Shown here one piece after another: positions 43,566 through 54,280 of a stretch of 64,000 nt of DNA (position 1 is the stretch's first letter; every line of letters starts with the position of its first letter). Below the pieces are notes generated by a model, which was given only the letters and a program-made list of their open reading frames with translations, ran no database searches and was not told the DNA's origin. Both the position numbers and the translations under genes were made by a program. The DNA is taken from the sequence record MT028491.1; one strand, 5' to 3'.

Positions 43566-44423
43566 CTATAACCCTAACAAAGCATCGTCCAAATCTGTTA
43601 GCATTTTGTGACTTTGATATATGGTTTCACCCAAACGCTGTTTGAATTGATTAGAATAATATTCGCCCAAACCGTACATAAGGAAAGTTCCGTTCATCGT
43701 AATTCCCATATGTTGCAACTTGACAAACAGTTTTGATTGTTTTTCGGTATGAAAAACACGATGATGTTTTGGGGATAGTTTAATTTGTTTGGGCGAATAT
43801 TTAATCCTGAAATTTTTCGGATTAAATGCATCAACAGACATAGAAAACATTTCACCAAGAAAGAAATATTTGATAGTTCCTTCCGGGTGTCTCATGTATT
43901 GTATGCCACTCCCATCACTCAAATTACTATGTGGCCAATGAGGTTTGTCGATGTGCCATGAAAACGCCAGCAATAATTGATACATAGTGATCAGATCACA
44001 ATGCACTCTATTATAGAGAGTCCCCATATCTTCAAGATCAAAGCCATTATTAGTCTTATCCCAACTGGTCACATCATTAACTATTACATTACCATTGCCA
44101 GTTTGATTGCTGGTATATGCAAGTAAGATATTGCTTGGATTAAATGGTAAACTGGCCTTATGCTGTTCTATGTAAAACCCATCTGCATTGATATAGATGG
44201 AAACATCACTACGACTGGTTGATATCTTAACAAACATCAATTCTTCAATGACTTCAAATGTTGAATTATTGTCAATGAAAAAATCAACTGTCTCTAAAAG
44301 AAACCATATCTTGCTGGTATCTGACATGTCTATAGTAGCATTCACACGCCGCAATATACCCTTACCATGCTTCAACAGCCAATGGGTTTCGGCAAAATAA
44401 TGAGCGCTTTCCATATGAGACAT
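43566..44423 (-). CDS. orphan protein, C-terminal FxxIxxxH family
   Basis: 285 aa; ends LGETIYQSHKML... Confidence 0.65.
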   Translation of the reverse strand: MSHMESAHYFAETHWLLKHGKGILRRVNATIDMSDTSKIWFLLETVDFFIDNNSTFEVIEELMFVKISTSRSDVSIYINADGFYIEQHKASLPFNPSNILLAYTSNQTGNGNVIVNDVTSWDKTNNGFDLEDMGTLYNRVHCDLITMYQLLLAFSWHIDKPHWPHSNLSDGSGIQYMRHPEGTIKYFFLGEMFSMSVDAFNPKNFRIKYSPKQIKLSPKHHRVFHTEKQSKLFVKLQHMGITMNGTFLMYGLGEYYSNQFKQRLGETIYQSHKMLTDLDDALLGL

Positions 44424-44485
44424 TTCAGAATTCCTATGTTTACAATTTCAATTGACACATTCCTAACATCAAAATTAGGATTGTG

Positions 44486-44704
44486 TCAACTCAAAATCTT
44501 AAATGAAACAAAGCCAAACAACACAACCCATCCGGCTATCAACAGCCAAGAAAATACAGCCGCATCGTCGCTTTCGGCGGTTTGCCACATGTACAACAAA
44601 CCAGCACCAACCAACATCAAACAAAACAGAATCGCTAATTGAATCATCATGTTATATAATGCCACTCCATAATCTCTATAATTGATGTAGAACCGAACAC
44701 ACAA
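44486..44704 (-). CDS. small membrane protein
   Basis: two TM segments; real start probably MMIQL. Confidence 0.55.
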   Translation of the reverse strand: MCVRFYINYRDYGVALYNMMIQLAILFCLMLVGAGLLYMWQTAESDDAAVFSWLLIAGWVVLFGFVSFKILS

Positions 44705-44889
44705 TAAAGCCTATCCATAGCTTGTTCTTCCTGTAGGGTTCTCTCACCACGAACAACATCAATCTCTTTGAAATGACATTTTCCGTTTACACTGACCATC
44801 AAGGCCACTTTTCTATGCGAAATAGGTTGCATATGTGTTCCTCTTGCTATCTGTAACATTGTGTAATAATGTGTTACAAACAGCCGCAA
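44647..44889 (-). CDS. hypothetical protein
   Basis: real start probably MQPISH. Confidence 0.5.
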   Translation of the reverse strand: MRLFVTHYYTMLQIARGTHMQPISHRKVALMVSVNGKCHFKEIDVVRGERTLQEEQAMDRLYCVFGSTSIIEIMEWHYIT

Positions 44890-44968
44890 ATCAACAATTT
44901 GATTAAAATTTTATTGACTTATGCACAGAAAAATAGCCAAGCCTTAAAATCGACTTGACTATTTATTT

Positions 44969-45163
44969 TTACGAATTTGGAACAGAAAAACTATCACTCG
45001 ATTCAGTGATTTCTTCACCATCAAGAATCAGTTTGACCTTGACAGTATGCCAAACACTATCACCACCACTCCAATGATCCGTTTCCAGATTAACTTGCAC
45101 TTCAAGGGTTTCCTTTAGGAATTCCTTCAAAGCCTTCTTTAGAGCTTCATCCACTGACAACAC
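44969..45163 (-). CDS. hypothetical protein
   Basis: 64-aa ORF. Confidence 0.55.
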   Translation of the reverse strand: MLSVDEALKKALKEFLKETLEVQVNLETDHWSGGDSVWHTVKVKLILDGEEITESSDSFSVPNS

Positions 45164-45425
45164 TCCTATATTCTTTGACAGACGCCTTGAGCTTCAACCA
45201 GATTGGTTCAAAGCTTTCATGGCGGAAACCTTCCATTTCCAGACAATCACGAATGTATTTGAGACTACGTTCCTTATTCAAAAGAATGTCTGGAAAATCA
45301 CAACATGTATTAATCATGTAATGAGCTTTCCATGACTTGATATAACCACACCCTTGGGTGCTATTACAAAACTCTTGAAACTCATTAACAATGTGAGAAA
45401 TAGTGCGTTCTTCGACAGTAGCCAT
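45147..45425 (-). CDS. hypothetical protein
   Basis: 92 aa, GAGGG RBS, promoter upstream. Confidence 0.65.
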   Translation of the reverse strand: MATVEERTISHIVNEFQEFCNSTQGCGYIKSWKAHYMINTCCDFPDILLNKERSLKYIRDCLEMEGFRHESFEPIWLKLKASVKEYRSVVSG

Positions 45426-45648
45426 TGTTCAACCCTCTTTAGGTTAATATTATGGCTACTATCTAACCTAACATGATACTTATGTCAAGATTTTTTTAGG
45501 ATAACATCAACATTATTATAACCGGCATCAAATTGAACTTTTTGATCACCACCATATTTAATAATAGCTCTTTCTACAATCTCGGCAAGTTCCGACAAAG
45601 TACCTTCAAAATCCCCCAATCCTTCAACATATTCCAATTCTTCATACA

Positions 45649-46020
45649 TTAATTACCAGCCTGTTCCTGAAATTCTTTTAGAGTCGTTTCAGCCATATAA
45701 CTATCCGTTCCATCATACCAATATGCACAGTATGGAACGGCTTTTGAGAAATCGACCGCAAATTTATCTGATAGTTTCAAGAATTCCTTCTTGAAACATT
45801 CGATGTCTTTAAGGGACATAAACACCATACAACCGTATGCATGTTCACGACTTCCCCAATCTGAATAGATCAAGGTTCCTTCATAATTCATGTGAAGGTC
45901 TGTATTGTCATAAAGATATTCAGAAGCATCTTCCAAATCATCGCCACTAATTGGCTTCAAAAGAGGGGCCATAAATCCATAGCTTAGAACATTATCACTC
46001 ATTACCAAGAATCTCCCCAA
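45649..46020 (-). CDS. hypothetical protein
   Basis: real start probably MSDNVL. Confidence 0.65.
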   Translation of the reverse strand: MGRFLVMSDNVLSYGFMAPLLKPISGDDLEDASEYLYDNTDLHMNYEGTLIYSDWGSREHAYGCMVFMSLKDIECFKKEFLKLSDKFAVDFSKAVPYCAYWYDGTDSYMAETTLKEFQEQAGN

Positions 46021-46334
46021 GAATCATCATTTTTATAACGCGGCATATCAAACTGCATGTCCTCTTCAAGAAACAAAGGAATATCAAAACGGCTAATATG
46101 ATAAATGCCGAAGCTATCCTTAGTAACATCAAATTCAATATGCTCATAGCTGGTAGTATTTCCATTTTCATTTGTCAAAATGGAAACTTCTACTTTCTCA
46201 TGATTGGCTGATATTTCGAACTTTTTCTTATTACGTTCACAATGCTTGGTAATTTCCTCTAAGAACTTAGAAACCAGCATAAAATCATTATAATACATTA
46301 GTATCCTCTTATATACAACTATTAGTTTAAACAT
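46002..46334 (-). CDS. hypothetical protein
   Basis: real start probably MYYNDF. Confidence 0.55.
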   Translation of the reverse strand: MFKLIVVYKRILMYYNDFMLVSKFLEEITKHCERNKKKFEISANHEKVEVSILTNENGNTTSYEHIEFDVTKDSFGIYHISRFDIPLFLEEDMQFDMPRYKNDDSWGDSW

Positions 46335-46403
46335 AACATATAATAAATACAGTTGTCAACTCAAAACTAAACATATCTTAAAAAATTAAGGACGGATAAG
46401 AAT

Positions 46404-46982
46404 ATGGCTATCAAAGAGATTTTGACGGATGTAGAGCTTGTTGGTAAGGGCTTGCCAGCACGTGAAAATATCCAGCGTATTAATGAAAACTTCCAAGAAT
46501 TGTCCGGTGGCGGTGGAGAAACAACCCCCGTTGATTGGAACGATATCGAAAACAAGCCTGCATTTGGTACAGCGGCAACAACCAATTCAACCGCTTATGC
46601 TACAGCCGCACAAGGCACAAAAGCTGATACTGCCGTACAGCCTGCCGCATTGGATGCTAAATTGGATAAGCCATCTGGTGGAACGAATGCTCAACTCATT
46701 CGTGGTGACGGTTCTACTGTTGCAGCTTCCACTTATGCAACCGCTGCAAATTTGACATCTGGTCTAGCTGCAAAGCTTGACAAACCAGCCGGTGGAACAT
46801 CAGCACAATTGATTCGTGGTGATGGTACAACAGTTGCTTCGAATACCTTTGCTACATCAACACAAGGAACAAAGGCTGATAATGCGGTTCCAAAGACTGT
46901 AATTACGGCCCTTGATGCTGGTGAAACTGACCTAGCTACAATCGTCGCAAAGATCAATGAAATCATTGCAGCACTCGACTAA
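46404..46982 (+). CDS. head/whisker fibre-like virion protein
   Basis: VDWNDIENKP, QGTKADTAVQP, 2x KLDKPxGGTxAQLIRGDG; C-terminal DLATIVAKINEIIAAL trimer-like helix. Confidence 0.7.
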   Translation: MAIKEILTDVELVGKGLPARENIQRINENFQELSGGGGETTPVDWNDIENKPAFGTAATTNSTAYATAAQGTKADTAVQPAALDAKLDKPSGGTNAQLIRGDGSTVAASTYATAANLTSGLAAKLDKPAGGTSAQLIRGDGTTVASNTFATSTQGTKADNAVPKTVITALDAGETDLATIVAKINEIIAALD

Positions 46983-46985
46983 GAT

Positions 46986-47008
46986 TAAAGGGGCTTTTAG
47001 GCCCCTTT
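46986..47008. terminator. bidirectional terminator between convergent genes
   Basis: AAGGGGC-TTTTAG-GCCCCTTTTT. Confidence 0.7.
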
Positions 47009-47581
47009 TTCTTTTAACTTATTTCTCAATCCTCTTACACGAAGTTCATTCCATTCGTTTTCTTTTCTGAGACGACTATTTTCCGCAATAATAAATTCAA
47101 ACTTCTTATAAACAGCGCCGCCATTCTGAAATGCTTTTGATTCGGCTTCCTGTGCGCGCCTGTTAAGATCACGATTAGTTTCTTTAAGGCTTGCGACTTC
47201 CTTTTTCAACTTCTCTATTTCATCTTTCAAGGCATCTTGTAAAACGTCTGAAACAATGCGCTCTGCAATTATTTCCTTCTCATGTTCTTCTTTATAAACA
47301 AGAGCCTTGTAAGTGTTTCTGTACTGTTCTGTTCCGCCCGGAGTCGCCCAAATCGTTCCAAAACCAGATGATTCAAGACCATCGATTTCGGAAGGTCTTA
47401 CCCACGCAATGGCTTCCAAATTCGAAATCTTTTCAATAATAGCGACATCTTCTTTATCAGATTCATCACGAATATTGACAGCCCAAATAGGGATATGATC
47501 ACCTTTAAGCGACCTAAACCGATTTCCATCAGGATCATTCTTATGGGCATATGTGATGTATTCTTCAACCATTATTTTCAA
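46997..47581 (-). CDS. hypothetical protein with C-terminal coiled coil
   Basis: 194-aa ORF. Confidence 0.7.
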   Translation of the reverse strand: MKIMVEEYITYAHKNDPDGNRFRSLKGDHIPIWAVNIRDESDKEDVAIIEKISNLEAIAWVRPSEIDGLESSGFGTIWATPGGTEQYRNTYKALVYKEEHEKEIIAERIVSDVLQDALKDEIEKLKKEVASLKETNRDLNRRAQEAESKAFQNGGAVYKKFEFIIAENSRLRKENEWNELRVRGLRNKLKEKGA

Positions 47582-47777
47582 CCTTTTTGTAGAGAGTCGT
47601 AACCCGGAAGATAAAACCAGAAATACCCGATTTCTTTTTTGTCCATGGTTTGTGAACTAGAAAATCATGAACCACTGTTCCGGTTTCCTCATGGATTTCT
47701 TCAACAAAATATCCAAAGATTTGAAACTCTGGTGAATCATCTGGCATTTCCAAAATAGCCGTAAGAGCATCGACCAT
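47565..47777 (-). CDS. hypothetical protein
   Basis: 70-aa ORF. Confidence 0.6.
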   Translation of the reverse strand: MVDALTAILEMPDDSPEFQIFGYFVEEIHEETGTVVHDFLVHKPWTKKKSGISGFIFRVTTLYKKVENNG

Positions 47778-47779
47778 AA

Positions 47780-48136
47780 CTAAATCCTTTTCTTATTAGG
47801 ATCATAATCAGTCCCAATCTTAATCGGCCCAACTTCGATACCACAATCATAAAAATATTTGCGCCATTTTTGCATGATTTCTTTGTAATGATGGTGATCA
47901 TATGAGTTTGGCCAGATAATAAATCCACAAACCTCATAATCACCAGAACCCCGATATTTGAAACGACCATATAAATCGTTCATGTCATCCCAAAATTCTT
48001 CGAAGTCCTCATCTTCAATCAAATCTTCGAAAAGTTCCAATCCATCCTTAGATAATTTCAAAAATTCAAAGCCACCATAGGTAGCCTTGGATGCATCGAT
48101 ATTTTCACTGAATGTGACGATAAATCTATACATCAC
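47780..48136 (-). CDS. hypothetical protein
   Basis: 118-aa ORF. Confidence 0.65.
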   Translation of the reverse strand: MMYRFIVTFSENIDASKATYGGFEFLKLSKDGLELFEDLIEDEDFEEFWDDMNDLYGRFKYRGSGDYEVCGFIIWPNSYDHHHYKEIMQKWRKYFYDCGIEVGPIKIGTDYDPNKKRI

Positions 48137-48393
48137 TCAACCTCTTCTGGTAGTTCGGAACGATTGACATAGAAACCATCAGCATCTTCTTTAATAGAAA
48201 TCATTTTGAATTCCTTGTTATTGAAGAATGCAATGAACGTTTTCTCTTTATCCACAATGATTTCTCTGATCCCGCAATGCATGATCAGATTTTCAAGCGC
48301 CAAAGAAAGCTTGATGTGTTTCTTAATGTCCATGACGATATTCTCCATAGATTGATTTTTCTCACTCTTAGCACGTTCTTTATAAATAGTCAA
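48133..48393 (-). CDS. hypothetical protein
   Basis: 86-aa ORF. Confidence 0.6.
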   Translation of the reverse strand: MTIYKERAKSEKNQSMENIVMDIKKHIKLSLALENLIMHCGIREIIVDKEKTFIAFFNNKEFKMISIKEDADGFYVNRSELPEEVE

Positions 48394-48454
48394 ATTCGTT
48401 TTTCGATAAATACCATTAGGTATTAACTAATTAAAATATAAGGATTTTACCCAT

Positions 48455-50338
48455 ATGGCAGACATGATTCGTATTAATGAATTGCCTGTATCCAATAATC
48501 CACAAAGAGACGACTTGATTCCTATCGATGGTGTTGACGGTACTAAGGCCGCTCAATTGGTTGACGTGGTTAAAGCCGGTACTGATCTAGCCACAGATAT
48601 TGAAGCTGTTGCCGGAACTAACACAACCAAAACAATGACTCCTTTCACAACCAAGGCGGCTATCGACGCTAAGGTTGATGGTCACTTTGCGCCTTCTACA
48701 ACCACAATCACAGTTGGATTTGGTATGCTTGGTGGCGGTTCGATTGCTAACAACGTTTTTATCAATTTCTCTCAACAGACAATTGACAGTCTAGCAAAGG
48801 CCGATACTGCCGCACAAGCTGCCGATGTTTCGGCGGCTATTGCTCCATTGGCATCGAAAAACTATGTTGATTCTGTAGCCTCTTCAAAGGTTGATAAGCC
48901 TGCCGATGGTAGTTCATCGAACCTTATTCAAGGTGATGGAAATACAAAACCCATTGCCGATTTTGTTTTGAAATCAGAAGGTGATTTGGTCAAGAAAACC
49001 GGCGATACAATGTCTGGCGAGTTGTCAAGTACAACATCTAATAATTGGCGAATTCAACACCCATCGTCTAACACATCCATGTTTCATCGTTATGATGGTA
49101 CTAATTACTACCTAATGTGTTCTGATACCATTGATGGAACTTTTAACACATTAAGACCTATTACAGTAAATTACACAACTGGTAAAACCACTATTGGAAA
49201 CTCACTTCAAGTTAACAATGGTGTTACGGTTGCTTCTGGTGGTGTAAATGTAACTAATGGTGATGTTAGAGGTAAAATTATTCACGATGATGGTGGTGGA
49301 TATCTAAATATCGGCTCTTATGGTTCCGAATACGGTTCTGGTTATAGTCGTATGTGGTGGAACCAGACTGCTAAAGAATTGTCTATTTGGGATGGTTCCA
49401 ATGGTAATAATGCTACTATAAAGGCATATAGATTTTCTGCTTCCAATGCTGTTTATGCTGGTAGTGCATATATGGCAACCGATGGTAATATTGCCGGTTC
49501 CGCTTGGACTGGTGGGAGTCTATATTCACATCTTGGTTCAACCGCTATGCGAGCTTATCCAAGACGTTCCGATGGTGGTGCAATGAACTTCTATTGGTCT
49601 GGCCAAAGTGGACAACCTACATGGCTTTGGGGTGGAACCGATGGAACTAATATGTACGTCTATAATCCATCTAACTTTTCTGTTAACTATGCGGCTTCTG
49701 CTGGTAATGCCAATTCTGTAGGTGGATGGACACAACCAACTATTTCAAACCAGATTGAAAGCCGTGCGGCTGCATATGCAGATGATAGAATTGCTAGAGC
49801 GGTTCTAAAGGGACAAGGCGATCAACGTATTGGTTATGGTGCCGGTGCTGGTACTGGTCAAGTTGGTATGTATATTGATATCAATAGTAACGGATACCCC
49901 CTTATCTTTACAGATCGTGGAACTGGTAGAGGTTCTATTCAAATAAACTCTAATAGTACAGTATATAATACAAGTTCTGATCATCGTCTTAAAGAAAACG
50001 TTCGTCAAATTGTTAATTATTCTATTGATATAAGCAATCTACCAGAAGCATTAGAAAGAATATTCAAGTATCGTTGGGTTGAATTCGACTGGATCGGAAC
50101 AGATGTCAAGAAATATCGTGGTATTATTGCCCACGAAGTTCAAGATGTTATTCCATTTGCTGTTGATGGTGAAAAAGACGCTGTTAATGAAGACGGAACA
50201 CCGAAACACCAGATGGTTGATTACTCTAAAATGGTTCCAGATGTTGGTGCGGCTGTACAAGAATTAACACTTCTAGTTCTCAAGCAAGCCGAAGAAATTA
50301 ATGAACTTAAAAAGAAAATTGAACTTCTAGGAAATTAA
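48455..50338 (+). CDS. tail fibre with C-terminal intramolecular chaperone (peptidase S74)
   Basis: LVKKTGDTMSG, SSDHRLKENV, GIIAHEVQDVIPFAVDGEKD, VDYSKMVP, terminal coiled coil; late promoter motifs at 48381-48412. Confidence 0.88.
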   Translation: MADMIRINELPVSNNPQRDDLIPIDGVDGTKAAQLVDVVKAGTDLATDIEAVAGTNTTKTMTPFTTKAAIDAKVDGHFAPSTTTITVGFGMLGGGSIANNVFINFSQQTIDSLAKADTAAQAADVSAAIAPLASKNYVDSVASSKVDKPADGSSSNLIQGDGNTKPIADFVLKSEGDLVKKTGDTMSGELSSTTSNNWRIQHPSSNTSMFHRYDGTNYYLMCSDTIDGTFNTLRPITVNYTTGKTTIGNSLQVNNGVTVASGGVNVTNGDVRGKIIHDDGGGYLNIGSYGSEYGSGYSRMWWNQTAKELSIWDGSNGNNATIKAYRFSASNAVYAGSAYMATDGNIAGSAWTGGSLYSHLGSTAMRAYPRRSDGGAMNFYWSGQSGQPTWLWGGTDGTNMYVYNPSNFSVNYAASAGNANSVGGWTQPTISNQIESRAAAYADDRIARAVLKGQGDQRIGYGAGAGTGQVGMYIDINSNGYPLIFTDRGTGRGSIQINSNSTVYNTSSDHRLKENVRQIVNYSIDISNLPEALERIFKYRWVEFDWIGTDVKKYRGIIAHEVQDVIPFAVDGEKDAVNEDGTPKHQMVDYSKMVPDVGAAVQELTLLVLKQAEEINELKKKIELLGN

Positions 50339-50341
50339 TTA

Positions 50342-51985
50342 ATGACTACAATTCGAATTACTGAATTGGATAGGAATACTAGCCCTTCCAAAACAGATTT
50401 GCTTGCTACCGACAATACAACAACTGGAACAAGAGCATCTACTATTGAAGAAGCTGTTAATTCAGTTGTCAAGAAAGCCAATAATGAAGAGGCTGTAACC
50501 GGTACAGACAATACCAAATTCATGACTCCAGAAAGCACTAAGACCGCAATTGATGGTCTTAGTGTTCCTAAAACTCGCACTATTAGCACCACTTCTGATT
50601 TAACAGGTGGTGGAGCGCTTACAGGTAATTTAACAATTGGACTTTCATCTGGTGTAATTGCAAATTTAGCCAAAGCAAATACATCAGTTCAACCAGAACA
50701 ACTTGAATTAAAACTTGACAAACCGTCTGGTGGTACAAATGGAGATTTGATTCGCGGTGATGGTTCTCTTGTTGCGGCGAATACCTTTGCAACAAACACT
50801 CAAGGTGCTTTAGCTGATACTGCCGTTCAACCGTCTCAATTAACTGCATATGCACTCAAATCAGAAAATGATTTGAAGCTGGATAAACCAGTTGATGGAA
50901 CAGCTAACAACATCATCAAAGGTGATGGTACAATTGTAGAATTAAGCACTTTGGCAACTTCTGACCAAGGAACGAAAGCCGATAATGCTGTATTATTTAC
51001 CGGTCAAAATCTTACTGAAACACAAAAATCACAAGCAAGAAACAACATTGGTACAGACTATCTAAACCCATATAGAAACAAATTATTGAATGGGGGATTT
51101 AGTGTCGCACAAAGAGGAAATGGACCATTTACACAAAATGAATACACACTAGATCGATGGTACTTATTTAATGGTTCTGGTTCTGTAAATGAAATAAAAA
51201 GAATTAACACTACAACCAACGATTATAGCAGTGGAGTTCTTCCAAGATCAACACAATATAACGTTGAATGGAAGAGAAGTGCTTCTGGAACAGAAACAAG
51301 TTGGTTTGGCCAGCGTATTGAAGGTGTACATCATCTAACTGGTCGAAAAATTACTTTAACATTTTATGCCAAAGCTTTACAGCCAGTTAAACTTTTCCCA
51401 TACGTCCACCAATCTTTCGATAATGTTGAAGCTGATCCTCTATACACACCATTTCCAGATGTTAACATAACAACAGAATGGCAAAAATTTACTTATACAA
51501 TAGATTTACCGCTATCATTAAACATTGATACAATTGGTTATAATAGTTATGCTAATATTTTTTTCAACTGGTATAATACAGAACCAAATACAACTATAAC
51601 TATATCAAGAATATCCGTAGTTGAAGGTGATGCAACTTTAGAAAGTGATCCATTTTCACCAAGGCACATTCAACAAGAATTAGCTCTTTGTCAAAGATAT
51701 TATCAAAATTCTATTGTTAGATTTAAAGTTGGACAAACCCAAGTAGGACAGACATTTTACATAACTAGTCAATCCCTTCCAGTTGAAATGAGAATAATTC
51801 CAACAATCACTTCCAATAATCAAAGTGTGTTTACTCAAAATAATACGGACACTATAACAACATCATCAAATTTAATTGTGGCAATCACCGCGACCACAAA
51901 AACATTAAGAATTAACGGACAATACAACGGCGCGGGAAATACATCTGGATTTTCTTGTGATGTATTTGCTATGGCCGAATTATAA
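50342..51985 (+). CDS. tail fibre / receptor-binding protein with carbohydrate-binding-like C-terminus
   Basis: N-terminus similar to 48455; QNLTETQKSQARNNIG; RNKLLNGGFSVAQRG..TLDRW; ELALCQRYY. Confidence 0.85.
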   Translation: MTTIRITELDRNTSPSKTDLLATDNTTTGTRASTIEEAVNSVVKKANNEEAVTGTDNTKFMTPESTKTAIDGLSVPKTRTISTTSDLTGGGALTGNLTIGLSSGVIANLAKANTSVQPEQLELKLDKPSGGTNGDLIRGDGSLVAANTFATNTQGALADTAVQPSQLTAYALKSENDLKLDKPVDGTANNIIKGDGTIVELSTLATSDQGTKADNAVLFTGQNLTETQKSQARNNIGTDYLNPYRNKLLNGGFSVAQRGNGPFTQNEYTLDRWYLFNGSGSVNEIKRINTTTNDYSSGVLPRSTQYNVEWKRSASGTETSWFGQRIEGVHHLTGRKITLTFYAKALQPVKLFPYVHQSFDNVEADPLYTPFPDVNITTEWQKFTYTIDLPLSLNIDTIGYNSYANIFFNWYNTEPNTTITISRISVVEGDATLESDPFSPRHIQQELALCQRYYQNSIVRFKVGQTQVGQTFYITSQSLPVEMRIIPTITSNNQSVFTQNNTDTITTSSNLIVAITATTKTLRINGQYNGAGNTSGFSCDVFAMAEL

Positions 51986-51989
51986 AACT

Positions 51990-52018
51990 AAAAAAGGGAG
52001 TCGAAAGACTCCCTTTTC
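51990..52018. terminator. bidirectional intrinsic terminator
   Basis: AAAAAAGGGAGTC-GAAA-GACTCCCTTTTC. Confidence 0.8.
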
Positions 52019-52177
52019 TTATGTAGACTTTTATTCTAGTCATTCACAGAGAATTTTACGGATTATGATTAACACGCAAGGGCATTCGTTTCCTTGCATA
52101 ACGTTGGTACATTCCGCTTCTCTGATTGGTATGCTCTGGTAATGACTCGAAACCAGCCGGAAACACGTACCAACGTT

Positions 52178-52378
52178 TTATTTCGTAATTTTATCTTTTG
52201 CCGCATTTTTAGCGGCATTTGCAGTTGGATAATTCACTGTACTGACAAAATTATCGTTAAGGTCTTTCAACCGCCACGTATTATTTGCCATAGCCACAGC
52301 TATCATTACCAACTTATCATCAGCAAAGATTTGTGCATAATCTTTGTATTTCTTCATCGTGATTTTCATTTTGATCAC
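52178..52378 (-). CDS. hypothetical protein
   Basis: 66-aa ORF. Confidence 0.6.
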   Translation of the reverse strand: MIKMKITMKKYKDYAQIFADDKLVMIAVAMANNTWRLKDLNDNFVSTVNYPTANAAKNAAKDKITK

Positions 52379-52428
52379 CTAATTGATTTCTTTCGATGAT
52401 CTTAACTTAAAGAATACGATTTAGATTG

Positions 52429-52683
52429 TCAATCACTTTCTTTTAGTTTTTTGACAATTTCATATGTAACAGTCTTTTTGACCAGATAGGGAATTGTTCC
52501 AGTATCCAAATCACCTTCGATGATAGAATTGGCTTTTGCTAAAGCATCTTCTTCATCTTCGGCAATAATCATATAAAGATATTGCTTGGTTTCTTTATTA
52601 TTTGCTGGTTCGAAGTCCAAGAGATTATAGTAGGTTTCTCTTTCACCAAGTTCTTTTACATGTTCCTCAATTGTTTTGCTCAT
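52429..52683 (-). CDS. hypothetical protein
   Basis: 84-aa ORF. Confidence 0.65.
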   Translation of the reverse strand: MSKTIEEHVKELGERETYYNLLDFEPANNKETKQYLYMIIAEDEEDALAKANSIIEGDLDTGTIPYLVKKTVTYEIVKKLKESD

Positions 52684-52912
52684 TGTCTACCTCGATTCCT
52701 TTTCTCTTTAGCCAATCCCTACCCTTGTGAGTTGCTATCATGATTGATGATTTGGATCGATGTCCACCCCTATTTTGACGGGTTTTCAAAAGATATCCTT
52801 GCCTTTGAAGTCTTCGAACCAATCCCCTATCAGAAGGTGGAAAACCTCTATAATCGACAAGCAATCCAAGAGTCGCGGCGCGCTTTAAAATAGCTTCCTT
52901 GGTAACGAACAT
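52667..52912 (-). CDS. basic hypothetical protein, possible winged helix
   Basis: 81 aa; ATHKGRDWL. Confidence 0.6.
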   Translation of the reverse strand: MFVTKEAILKRAATLGLLVDYRGFPPSDRGLVRRLQRQGYLLKTRQNRGGHRSKSSIMIATHKGRDWLKRKGIEVDNEQNN

Positions 52913-53184
52913 TATTTCTTTTTCCTTGGTATCAATTCATTACCATGAAATACGTTCTGAGACACGTTGAATTCCACTGCCAAGGTTTTGGTAAATTTGG
53001 AAGTCCAAAAGTGAATCGGTCCCGCCCATAGCTGAAAGGCAAATTTGTCATGATTGGCAAAAGGGATATCCTTAGCCGTTCGATAATCGAATTTTGCCCA
53101 ACGAAACGGGATAAAATGCAAACTGAAATAATATCCCAAAACCGTTACAGATAGCGACAAATCAATGTTCTTAATCTTTTTCAT
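52912..53184 (-). CDS. hypothetical protein
   Basis: 90-aa ORF. Confidence 0.6.
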   Translation of the reverse strand: MKKIKNIDLSLSVTVLGYYFSLHFIPFRWAKFDYRTAKDIPFANHDKFAFQLWAGPIHFWTSKFTKTLAVEFNVSQNVFHGNELIPRKKK

Positions 53185-53393
53185 TTCGTGAATACAACCG
53201 AAACAGAAGTAACAATGATCTTAGCGGCATGATAAGGCCAGATCAGAAGTTCCGTAATATGAAGTTCCTTGGCAACAACCATGTCACCATTCTGATCTTT
53301 CTTCATATCAGGTATAACAGATACCATTGCATAAAGAACCATGCCAAGAACATAGAGAATAAGAATAATTGCAATCAAAATAAACGTAAACAT
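53181..53393 (-). CDS. small membrane protein
   Basis: N-terminal TM; LIWP motif shared with 54077-54280. Confidence 0.6.
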   Translation of the reverse strand: MFTFILIAIILILYVLGMVLYAMVSVIPDMKKDQNGDMVVAKELHITELLIWPYHAAKIIVTSVSVVFTK

Positions 53394-54074
53394 TTAGCAC
53401 CACCATTGAGCTATCATAGGACGAAGTTCATTAATCGCGGCATCATCCAATAACCGCATTTTAGTAAGATACCATCGGATTTCATAAGGAACGGCAGGAA
53501 CCCAAGTATCATCGTTTTTTAGATGAACAAAATGGTCCCACTCCCTAGGTGTTCCGTCCTTATTCATGATGGAATTAGTGTAAGGATAATGACCATAATC
53601 AACATATATTACAAAATCTCTTGGATCAGGATCGGCATTTTTACTACCACCATAACGCCAGCGCTCAAAAGCATATGCAATATCATCATCGTATGAATGC
53701 CATTTGTTGGCATAATATGCGCCCGGATAAAATATGATGTCAGTATCTTCATCACCAATATTGACAAAGCTTACCAACTCATACCCGTTTGCTCTATCCT
53801 TTTGATCGACTTCAAGAGCGTCTTTGCCGAAACTAGTAAACACTTTTGAAAGAAGTACCGGTTCTCCAACAAATGGCATGGCTGGATTAGTTTCCATATA
53901 ATGACCAAAAGAACCCTTAAGGTCTTCTCTAGGAATAATCATATCTTCATATTTAAGATCGGCAAACCTACTCCAAAGGTCGTCACCTTCATCATCAAAC
54001 TTTTCCAAGCAAAGAGAATTGAATTTTTCAATCGGCATTCCCCAACCGATACCACGATGTAATCTAATACCCAT
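53394..54074 (-). CDS. hypothetical protein
   Basis: 226-aa ORF. Confidence 0.72.
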   Translation of the reverse strand: MGIRLHRGIGWGMPIEKFNSLCLEKFDDEGDDLWSRFADLKYEDMIIPREDLKGSFGHYMETNPAMPFVGEPVLLSKVFTSFGKDALEVDQKDRANGYELVSFVNIGDEDTDIIFYPGAYYANKWHSYDDDIAYAFERWRYGGSKNADPDPRDFVIYVDYGHYPYTNSIMNKDGTPREWDHFVHLKNDDTWVPAVPYEIRWYLTKMRLLDDAAINELRPMIAQWWC

Positions 54075-54076
54075 TA

Positions 54077-54280
54077 TTAAACCTTCTTTTTAAACGTGTT
54101 TTTAGTAAACATTCCCATGATTATCATTATGGTGTAAATGGGCCATAGAACTATCATGGTAACTTTAAATGAATATGGAATTCGAACGTCTTTAATTTCA
54201 TCCGATACCAACATCAGGACGAACAGAAACATTCCGGGTAAATAACAAAACACAAACAGACAAAAGAAAAATGTCGCCAT
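54077..54280 (-). CDS. small membrane protein
   Basis: two TM segments, VLWP. Confidence 0.6.
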   Translation of the reverse strand: MATFFFCLFVFCYLPGMFLFVLMLVSDEIKDVRIPYSFKVTMIVLWPIYTIMIIMGMFTKNTFKKKV

